A stretch of 64,000 bases of DNA. Source: Vitrella brassicaformis CCMP3155. Its lineage: Eukaryota > Protista > Chromerida. Positions 10,868 to 21,267 of this stretch are shown piece by piece (within the stretch, counting starts at the first letter, position 1; each line of letters opens with the position of its first letter). Location: assembly GCA_001179505.1 (NCBI GenBank), contig CDMY01000347.1:1-64000 (forward strand), written 5' to 3'. Position numbers and translations under genes: made by a program. The notes below the pieces were generated by a model. It was not told where the DNA came from. It ran no database searches and saw nothing but the letters and a program-made list of their open reading frames with translations.

Positions 10868-12834
10868 ATGCCAGGTGGCGACGCAGCGCAGACATCCGGA
10901 TTCGTGTTCGCTCGAGACGCAAGTGTGTGTACATGTACACACAGGCGCAGTCAGAATCAAGATCTCTGTTTATGCACTGTGTGTTGCAGCTACTGTGGAC
11001 AAGCTGCACGCCGTGCTTGCGATACGAGGCAGCGGAATCTCGGACCCGACCAAATCGGATCCAAGACGCAGAGAGGTGGGCATGTGACACACACACACTG
11101 CACCGATGAGATGCGCATGTGCGATTGCCTGTCTTTCTGTGTGTCTTTGTGGTGTCTGTCTATCAGGGCATGATACTGTCATTTCTCGACAGGCTGCTGA
11201 GGAGGGCACAAAGTGGGATATCGACAGATGGACAGCAGATACGATCCCGCCTATCGGTCGGTGAGGCGGCAGAGCATACGTCCGCCCCTCCCTCCCTTGC
11301 TTATCCTTCCTCTGGTGCAACTGCCTGTCTGCAGCAGCCGTGACGATTTGCCACATGGTGCCTGTGGCCAAGCGACTGCTCGACCTCGGCGCAGACGTCA
11401 ACGCACGGATGGCATCGTAAGGCGATAATCGTCGATCACAGGAGCGAGCGCCAGTGTGTGTTTGTGTGCTCAGCAACGACAGTGCACTGATATCCGCCGT
11501 GTGAATGTCATACGATGACATGGTCGAGCTGTTTCTGCAGCACAGTGGCGACGTACGGTATGTAATAAACCGCACATCGATCAATACGCATTCATGTGTC
11601 GATCTGTGTGTGCCTCCGATCAGTGTGCGGGGCCAAGACAACAAGACCGCCCTTGATCGTGCGTTGACGATGGACCAGACCGACCGCCCAGAGCTCGTCA
11701 AGCACTATCCCGCCCTCAAGCTCCACCCACTGGACATGCCCGGCAGCAAGGACACGAAGCTCTCCGAGTGGAGGCAGCGGATGCAGCGGATCCGCCAGCT
11801 GCTCCAGGACCACATGCGCGACCATCCCGTCGACGAGGCGGCCGAGCAAGACGCGGGCGAGGCGCTGCGTGCCAAGGGCAATGACGCCTTCAAGGACGGC
11901 CAGTACGAAGATGCGCTCAATCTGTATGGCCAGGCGCTCAAACACGCGCCAAATGACCACCGTATCTACTCTAACAAGGTGGACAGGCAGACAGGCAGGC
12001 AGGCACGCCGCCTGAATTTTGCGCATCCGTGTTGCTGCCTGAATGTTGCGATGGGTCTTCCAGAAATGTCCATGGTGTGTATGGCTTTCATTCAGGCGGC
12101 GTGTCACCTGAAGCTGCACGACCCTCGTCCTGATGCTGAGGACCGGACGGTCATGTGCATGCAGGACGCCATGGCCTCCACAACACTCCAACCCGATTTC
12201 GAAAGGTCCGTCACTGACTGCACAGGCTCGGCTCATCCCTCGCTGTGTGTTGCGGTGCGTCTGTCCCTTGTTGTGTAGGGCTTGGGAGAGGCGCGTGCTC
12301 GGGCAGATGTATGCCAACGATTTCATGAGAGCCAAACTGCACGTATGGGCACACGGACACACAGGCTCACTCTCACTGAAAGACGAAGATTCATTCTGTC
12401 TGTCTGTCTGTCTATCTGTCTATCTGTGTGCGTGTCTGTGTGCCGCAGTGTGTGCTGGGTCTGCGGGCGTGCGGCGGTCCGCACAAGGCGCTTAAGCTGG
12501 TGGAGATGTTCAGGGACTTCCAGAGGCATGGCGTGCCCGACCACTTCATCCAGGAAAATGGACCCCAGGACTATCGGGCCATGCAGGAGCAAGCGCAGCG
12601 CTTCTACCCACTCTTTGCGGTCAGTACGCGTCTGCTGGGTTTGATTTGTTGATGCAGGCCAAGTACAATCTGCCTCGCCCCTCGACAGTGGGACGGTCGA
12701 AGAACTCAATGCGCGGGCCGTCCCCTTCTAGGCAGCACAGCCAGACCAGCCGCCTACTGTATGTATGTTGTATGTGTGCGTCGTGCGTGGTGGTCGGGCG
12801 GTCGGTCAAAGCGACCATAAGCCGTCTTTCTTGA
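10868..12834 (+). CDS. Ankyrin-repeat plus TPR protein interrupted by an in-frame TGA (11502-11504); possible pseudogene or null allele
   Basis: Spliced: WDIDRWTADTIPPIAAVTICHMVPVAKRLLDLGADVNARMAS | NDSALISAV*MSYDDMVELFLQHSGDV... | VRGQDNKTALDRAL (ankyrin repeats), then GEALRAKGNDAFKDGQYEDALNLYGQALKHAPNDHRIYSNK | AACHLKL (TPR). The 5' exons are tentative. Confidence 0.8.
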
Positions 12835-13443
12835 GTGGCTTCTTGTTCTAGGCCTTGCAAAGCGTCTGCCTGCGTATGATGGTCTGTCTCTGCCTCACAG
12901 GCGCTGGGCGTGTGCTTGCGAGAGAGACGGTGGGCTGAGTTGTTGTGCATGTGTCGATTGCCTGTCTGCCTTGCCATCCATGCACTCTTGCTGCTTGCCT
13001 GCTGCATGTATCTGCTGTTTGATGTGTGCCTCCATGGCACAGGCGAGAGAAGCTTTTTGTCCTCTTAGTGTGACGTCGTCCATGCAGAACTTTGACCCGG
13101 TCACTAATTAATTCGCTCCTTTAGATAAACGTAATGTGTCCGTCCGTCCAGCGATATATGCAAGCAGCCATGCCATGCCGTGCTGTTCATCAATGTGTAC
13201 GTGTGGGTGGATAGGATCCGCCAGTCGAGCAGCCAGACGCACGCACACCTTTCCAAAAGAAAGAAAAAACCGAGTCGATTGCAGCAGTGAGACAGAAAGA
13301 CGGACAGACAGACGGACAGGCAGAGACGGACAGGCGGATGAAATTAAAACCAACAGGGTGTGCATCCCACAAAAGAAAAGGGATAGCTGAAGCAAGCCAG
13401 TCGGTCGGTCGGTCGGTCGGTCGCCCTCCCGCCCCTGCCCGTC

Positions 13444-15400
13444 CTAGTCCGCGTCGTGACGCCAAGCGAGGTGTTCGCCATACGGCGACTTGGCTATGTC
13501 GGCCACCTACAGCAAGCAACATAACATGATCGACGAGTCAGTGGATTGCACGCATCCCTGATGGACCGCTGCAGGCGTCATTTACCTTGCAGCGTCCTGG
13601 ATGTTTCAAAGTCTCCTTCACTTCAAGGAGATTCACCTGGAAGTAGCAGCTGGTGCCTTGGATGCAGTGGGCGTGATCCTCGCACATCTCTGCAGGCAAT
13701 GTTCAGACAAAGACATATCAGATGATCATAATGGATACATCATCTGGCGACTCCCACCCTTTCCGTCTCTCGTCTCAGCCGTGTAGACCGTCAGTACGGA
13801 CTCGTCACCGTAAGCTGCAATACAGCATCGCGCGACGGCCGTGCCATTCATTCACTGGTCGAGAGAGCCCGTTGTTACCTTCGTGGCCTGGGAAGAAGAC
13901 CTGACGGACGTCGTGCTGCTTTCCCTTTATGTAAAAGATTCGCTTGAGGTATCCGTAAGTTGCGAAAAGTCGTTCTTCTTGGTCTGGGATCAGATCTGCG
14001 TCTTCTGCTCGATACGCTATCGACTGATCAACCTGATAGACACAGATCCACATACATAAACACGATGCCACGCGTCCACTTCTGCATCAAACCTTGGTTC
14101 TGACGGTCTGCAGAAGACACCCACAACAGTAAGTAGCCTTGTGTGCACAGTTGCTGTGCAATGTCCTGCCTAATAGCTCACTGCTCACCGTGTCAGGTGC
14201 CGTGCAGTATTTGCCAGCCTTCTGACCCTCGTAGTTGAAGTCTTGCAGTGTCCCCTCGATGCACTTGGTCGAAGTTTCCGCGGTCGAGTGGCAGTGGCCA
14301 TAGCCTTGATAAACAGGCGACATGAGAGGTCGCTCCTGTGCTGGTGTATTGCTTATACATATACCCTGCTCCTACCTGTCACATCGAGGGGACGTGTCTC
14401 GAAGTAGTCCTCAAGCATGGAGGGCAGCTGGCCTCCATGCTTGAGCTGGCCTCCATGCTTGAGTTTCACCGACTCGATGGCACAAAAGTGGCCGCCGCCG
14501 CACTGCGAGCAGGGAACGCCCATGTACACTTGTATGACCATCGGTAGCCTTTCTGCACACACACACACATAGACACATAGACACATAGACACAAGAGAGA
14601 GGTGCTATGAAGGATGAAGGACAAGTGCATCGGCTGCATCGGCTCACACCATGTAGTACACCGTAACGTCCTTTGTCGTGTCAAGGCCCTCGACATCGGC
14701 CTTAAACATGACCTGTCGGTTGCAGGATGCACAACAACGACACCATTATCAATCAATCGAGAAGCAGCGTACAGTACTCACCCTGCACTCTTGAGTCTTG
14801 TGAGTGGCGTTGCTGTATCTCCCGGTTGCACCTGCAGTGGCGGCAGTCAGGTGTGCCTCTACGTTGTCGATGGCGGCGAGGGCTGAGCCGCTCAGCTCGT
14901 TGGCGGCACTGGTGAGCTTGATGGCCGACTGGGACATGGCCCTGCCCGTCTGGATCTGCTGCAGAACACCCGACACAACACCTGCACACACAACACAACA
15001 CAACACAGAGGGGGTGTGCCATGCCATGAGCAACAAATGAGGATTTGTGTGTGTAGAGAGAACGGAGGACCCAATGTGCCCACCGTCCACGGTGCCGTGT
15101 GTAGATGCCTGGATCTCCTGAGAGCGGCCGACAAACGACCCACCTGGTAGAACAGACAGCCACACATCCATCCATCCATCCATCTGACGGAAACAACCAT
15201 GGAAGTGCACCCTTCAGCCATCCAGGCCCTCCTCCCCTCACCGTTATTGTATTCATTGTGGCCGAACCCCCCATCCACAGCGCAGCTGCTGTCCTCGCAC
15301 GAGTCGTAGTTCTCCCCTGAAGGAGACCAACACAGGGAGGCCCATGGCTCCTCATGGCAGATCATGGCTCCCCGTGGATCATTGTCTGCCTGCGCCAATT
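13444..15400 (-). CDS. Hypothetical cysteine-rich multi-exon protein
   Basis: Phase-consistent exons: ICHEEPWASLCWSPSGENYDSCEDSSC...; GVVSGVLQQIQTG...KTQECR | VMFKADVEGLDTTKDVTVYYMV | LPMVIQVYMGVPCSQCGGGHFC... | SPVYQGYGHCHSTAETSTKC...CAHKATYCCGC | VDQSIAY...MLYCSLR | EDHAHCIQGTSCYF...GRCK | VADIAKSPYGEHLAWRHDAD*. Start codon uncertain; no family recognised. Confidence 0.55.
14410..14463. repeat. Near-perfect 36-bp palindrome with one arm tandemly duplicated (18 bp)
   Basis: ctcaagcatggagg (14410-14423) is the reverse complement of cctccatgcttgag (14432-14445). ctggcctccatgcttgag occurs twice in tandem (14428-14463). Confidence 0.95.
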
Positions 15401-15414
15401 ACCTGGCGCTTACC

Positions 15415-18400
15415 GATGGCCGCAGCAATGGTGGAGGTGACGAAAGCGCAAACCGCCAACGCAACGAGAAGAGACCTGGACACCGTCATGCTGGGAAGAA
15501 GACTTTCTCCTGGCGGCCGGGGACGCGTCCACTTTGGCCAGGATCATGCGAGGTGGGCAGATTGGACGGCTGATCTTCCTCCTGACGGGATATGTGTTAG
15601 AAGCCGCCCGCGATGGACCAGACGTTCGACTTCGGGAAATACAGGTACAGCAGGTGCATGACGACCGCCTTGTACGATTCTCCCTCGCCTTGTGCCGCCT
15701 GGCTTGCAGGAACCAGAAGTTCAGCGCCGTCCTCAAGAAGAACCCTGGTGCGTGCCAATGGCTGCACAACAGCCAGTGGATCTCCCCTTCTCCACCCCCT
15801 GGCTGTGTGTGTATGCTGTGGTGTGTGGGTGTCAGGCTATGCCGACTGGGCCCTGGGAGTCCACGACCCATCGCCCCCTCTGCAGGACTTCATTCAGTAC
15901 GTCAAGGCGGTGCAGGGCATCCGTAGTGATAGCGACGACGGGGAGAGTGGGGACGAGCCCGACAGCACGGCGGCCGACGGGCGGCAGAAGCTGCGATTCA
16001 CTCTGACGCTCATGCTCATGGACCCAAGGCACTTCGCTGTACGTCAGGGGAGAGAGAGAATTCCGGGCATAACGCACACGCATGGCATGGCCGGCTGGGT
16101 GTGGTGTTGTGTGTTGTGTGTCAGGTGGTAGAAGAGATGACTGAGGAGGGTGTGCCCGTAGCGCCCCCGGCGGTAGTCCAAACTTTCCTGCAGGTGCGCA
16201 CGGACGGACGGATTGACAACACACACTCCACAACACACCTACCGCAAATGGCCAATCTGTCTGTCTGTTGGTCGCGCGTGTCTGTCTGTCAGTCGTTAAA
16301 GCCGCCCGATATGAAGGACGGCCACTGTCTGTTCCCCGTCGAGTGCCACAAAGAGATTCACGCGGCCATCACCAAGGCGCCAGTAGGTGCCTGGACTGAG
16401 CAACCGTGTTTGTGTGTGTGTGGGCAAGATCTGACTGACCATTACGCCTTTCTTTCTCTCCCTCTGTGTGTGTGGTGTGACGTGTCAGGGGTTCTCGCGT
16501 AAGTTGAAGCCGCTGCCGGCCTTCGTGACCGACACTCTCAGCAAGACGCGCAAGAGCAAGAAACAGGCATGTGTCCATCCAGACACAGACACAGGCACAC
16601 TGATGCCCCCATACACACCACACCGACACATCACATCCACCTGTGTGTATGTCATGTGGTCCTCATATGTCAGCCCATAGCGCCGGCGGCCATCAATGGT
16701 TTCCTCAACAACCTCTTAGAGCCACTGCGCAGCCACATACGGCCATATCAAGTAGGTAGGGGGTTGTGATTGGGCGACGCGACGCGCCAGACAGCCAAGG
16801 ATGTAGGATAGTGTCATGTTGGTCCTTCTTTCCTCTGTCTTGTGTCAGCGTGATGGCGTACGTTTCGCTCTCCAGCACGGCGGGCGCGTGATCTTCGGAG
16901 ATGAGCTGGTTACCAACACACACACACATCCATTGGTGCATTCGTGTGTTTGTATGTGTGTCTGTGTGTGTGTGCGTGTGTGTGAGTAGGGTCTGGGCAA
17001 GACACTGCAGGCGCTGGTGACGGCCGCGTACTTCCACACAGAGTGGCCCGTGCTCGTCGTGTGCCCCACTGCCATGTGTGTATGCTCACCTTCACCACCA
17101 CAGCCATCCATCCATCCCTGGTGAGTGTGCAGCATGTTCCAGTGGCGCGACGAGGCCGTGCGCTGGCTGCCCCACCTGGTCAAAGCAAACGAGGTGACTC
17201 CCCCCCACACTCACAGAGGCCCTTGTGATGTCCATGTGTATGTGGTTGATTGGTTGTGTCGATTGCTTCTTTAGGTGTGCGTCGTCGACGGTGCCAGCCA
17301 GGAGCGGCCGGACCGCCACGCCAAGATCGTCGTCACGTCCTACTCGCTCATCGGGGTGACCAAGAACGCCTTCCTCACCCGAACAGCCGACTGCAAGCCA
17401 TACAAGGTGAGGTGCGTTAGTTAGTGTGTCGATGCGATGCAGACCGCCTTGATAGATGGATGGATGGATGGCTGGATGGTGGATGTGTGGGTGCAGGTAG
17501 TGATAGCTGACGAGTCGCACTTCATCAGAAAGAGCGACCGTGGGGCGGCTCACAAGCGCATACAAGTGGTATAAACAAGCGGACACAGCACAGCACGCCA
17601 AACCGCTACTCCGGCATCCTCCCTCCGTGTGTGTGTGTGTGTGTGTTCATGTCTGTGTGGGTGCAGCTGAAGCCGATTCTGAAGAAGGCCGCCCGCTGCA
17701 TTCTGCTGTCGGGCGCCCCGGCGCTCAGCAGCCCTGACAAGCTGTTCGCACAGATCGACGCCGTCCTCTTCCCCACCACACCCTCAAACATGGAGCAAAA
17801 GGTCACTGTGACCCATTCAGCACACCACCCACACACACACACACATCCATCTGTGTGTGTGTGTGTGTGCAGGTGGACAACTGGGACGAGTGGAAGTTTC
17901 GGTCTCGGTACTGCATGATGGAGAGGCTCGGGCACCGTCGGCCGGATGAGAATGGCAACTGGCGGCAGGAGGAGTTCTGCGAGGGCGCCAAACACACACA
18001 CGAACTGCGCGCATGGCTCGCTGACCGGGTGGGTCGGTGGGTGGGTGAGTGCGGGCGTCCACAGGCCGTGTGTGTTGTGTTGCATGTCGGCACTCTCTCT
18101 CTGTGTTGTGTGTGTGACTGTCCACAGGTCATGGTTCGCCGACTCAAGAAGGATGTGCAGACCGACCTGCCGCCCAAAATCAAAACCGACATCACCATTC
18201 CAGTAAGACATTGCACAGACCACCACCCACCACCTCCTCCCAGACGCACAATGGACGCCGCAATCGACCGGCCTGCCGCGCAGGCCGATAGCCGCGTGGT
18301 GAGTGAGGTGCAGCAGCTGCTGGCGGCCAAGGATTGGAAGCGCATGGCGGAGAGCTCGGGCAGCTCTGCCAGGACCCCAGCATCATCGAGGGGTACGCCA

Positions 18401-19751
18401 AGACGGCAGAGGCCAAGATGGTCGCCGCGGGCCGGTACGTGGAGTATCTGCTCGAGGCAAGCACTGAGGAGAAGGTAGACGACTCGCGGACACACGCACA
18501 CACACACACACACGCACAGAGAGAGAGAGAGAGAGATGTCTGTGTGGCGTTGTGTGTTTATCAGTTGATAGTGTTTGCGCATCACGGCTCGATGATGGAC
18601 TCCCTCGAGGACACGTTGGAGTTCACACTCTCGCCGGTAAGTGGGCGGTGCCTGTCATACGCGCAGACGTGGATGTGCGTGTTGCTCGCGCCATATCTCG
18701 ATGGGTGGATGGGATGCCATCGGTGGATGTGATGTGCACACAGGCGGGCTTCATTCGGATCGACGGCTCAGAGCCGATGGCCGAGCGTCAGGGCCTCGTC
18801 AAACGATTCCAGGAGGACGACCAATGCAGAGTGAGTGACTTACCGAACACACACACGCCGAGGTCGTGTGTATCCGTGTGTGTGTGTGTGTGCCTGTGTG
18901 GTGCAGGTGGCGCTGTTGTCCATCACGGCGACCGGCCAGGGCCTGAACCTGACCGCTGCGGGGACGATAGTGTTTGCAGAGCTGTACTGGGTATCCACCC
19001 ATCCATCCATCCGTCGACATGCACATGATACTAGGATCCACACATCCATCCCACATATCCGTCTGGCTGTGTGTGTTGGGGATGCATGTGATGTGTTTAG
19101 GTGCCGGGTGTGATGCAGCAGGCGGAGGATAGAGCGCATCACACCGGCGCCCCACACAAGTCCGTCAACGTCCACTACCTCATCGCAGAGGTCAGTGCAG
19201 TGCACCACACACGCCAGCAACGCACCTCTCCCTCTTGCACCCACCGCATGTTTGTGTGTCTCGGGCTGGCTGCGCATCGATCGCTCAGGGCACGGTGGAC
19301 GGCCTCATCAAGCGCATACTCGACCGCAAAGTGCTCGACGGACGCGTACGCACACAACACACATCACATCCCACACAGAGACACCGGAAAAACGCGCCCC
19401 CGCATTCATTCATTCATGCGACCTTCCATCCTCCCCTCCTTCTCGCTGTGTGTGTGTCAGTCCATCCCCCCCCCTCAGAAAGACCTGCCCACCACAGCCA
19501 CAGCGACAGCCGCAGCCACCCACACGAGGGCACCCCGGCGCACGGACGGCATGACCCTCCGCGGCGGCAAGAGGGTGCGATTCCAGCTCTACCTCGACGT
19601 CGGCGCAGGCTTGTCGGCATCGGCATCTGCATCTGCCGCCGATGATTTCGATCCGGCCACGGCGATGGCCATGGCGGTGGAGAGGGAGAGGGAGGGGGAA
19701 GATGCAGAGGCGACGCAGCAGGCGACCAAGCGACCCCGGCACAAACGATAG
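15415..19751 (+). CDS. SMARCAL1/ZRANB3-type SNF2 annealing helicase-like protein with degenerate motifs III and VI
   Basis: About 20 exons: HARP-like region (KLRFTLTL...LKPLPAFV), RPYQ | RDGVRFALQHGGRVIFGDEL | GLGKTLQA (motif I), WPVLVVCP, VVIADESH (II), LLSGAP (III), MVRRLKKDVQTDLPPK, LIVFAHH, FIRIDGS, LSITATGQGLNLTAA, ELYW | VPGVMQQAEDRAHHTG (VI); stop at 19751. The 5' start is uncertain, and there is a frame switch near 18350. Confidence 0.85.
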
Positions 19752-20541
19752 AAATATAGCTCATCACGATTTTCCGACTGACTGACTGATAGATGGATGG
19801 ATGGGTGAGGGCATGGCGTAGTCGGGGGCGGGGAGAGGGTCTGTCTGTCACGGCCAACTGGCCTTGCCGGCCAGCGGTGGTTATGGTGGGAGCGGCTGGG
19901 GGGGCAGCTCGGTGCCCATGGATGGATGGATGGTAGCTACATGACATGACATGAATGTGGGTAGCATTCACTGCATTGCAGCGACACGTGTATTTGACAC
20001 ATCTTTGTTGTAGGGTGGGGGGGCTCGTGTGTGCATACAGAACGAATGAGCATTTATCCATCGTCGTATCTAAGAGCGGTTGTGTTGCGGGGGAGGTGAT
20101 ATGAACTATTTTCGCTGGGAGTGTTATGGCAACGAGAAGAGTATTGCTGGCCGTCTGTGTGTGTGTGTAGAGCCTTTCTTTCTATAGGGTGCCTGCCTGT
20201 GGGAGGCCATGGCAGCAGCTACATGGATGTGTGTAGTATGCCTGCTGCCTGCCTGCCTGCCTGCCTGCCTAGGGATCACACGTGTGTGCGTTTATGTCCA
20301 TGTGGTGCAGGGGTGCATACGCAACGAGCGAACTCTCTTACATGTGACACTCGAATTGCATGAATCATGGTCTGAGGTGTCCATATCGATCCAATTATCC
20401 GACTCCCATCATAGGTGTGTACAGCTATACATCATCAATGAGCGACACGTTTGCAGTGCCCCGCTGTACACAAAACACACACAGCCCCTCCCCCTCCCCC
20501 TCCGTACACCATACCCACCACCCACCAGATGAGAAGAGGAC

Positions 20542-21232
20542 TCACGGCGGTGCCCAATACTTCCACCCTCCCCGAAACGTCACGCTACCGTCATAATTCA
20601 CAACCCTCTCCCTCTCCCTCTCCCTCTCTCTCACACTGCCCCCAGTCACAGCTGCTGCTGCAGCTGCTGATGCATTCTTCCTTCCAGCCCCAAATGTTGC
20701 CGTCCCGCCATCAGCCACACTGTCCACCATGCCCCCCGCCGGCGGCCGCGTGTGCGTGTGGTGGTCTTCCAGCTCGGCCTTGGCCTGCTCTCGCAACAGC
20801 CGGATGGCTGAGCGGAAGGCCTGCTCCGTCTCCACAAAGGCAGCCAGAGCCTCCTGAGGACGGATGGAGGAGAAAAAGCAATCAATGATCACACACCTTT
20901 CCACCCGGCCAGGTGCTTTGCCCACCTCTGTCTGCTGTCGGCATCTCTCGTATGCGGCGATGAGTCTCATGGGTTGACGCGTGTCGGCAGCGGCAGCAGC
21001 AGCAGCAGCAGCGGCCGGCGCCCTCGGGTGTGTGGTGAGCTCCTCCTGCAGCCGGTCGAAGTGCACGCGGCATGCCTTCTGTGCGACGCTGGCCTTGGGT
21101 GCCGGCTGCAGGAACTTGGTGAGAATGGCGTCTTGCTTGGCGAGGGTGGGTGGGGGGTTGGCGAGTGCCGCACGGAGAGAGGAGATCTCCTCGGCCATCT
21201 TCAAGACGCGCTGCTCGGAGGCCTACACCACA

Positions 21233-21267
<35 letters not shown>

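Noticed and set aside
12621-13104. Minus-strand ORFs MTGSKFCMDD... and ...QADALQGLEQEATQERR...
   Set aside because: Short, no consistent gene model or motif; they overlap the 3' end of the ankyrin-TPR gene.
12834-13110. SECIS element that would make the 11502 UGA a selenocysteine
   Set aside because: An AUGA followed by a possible stem occurs near 12875, but there is no apical AA at the right spacing, and the UGA is not in a redox motif.
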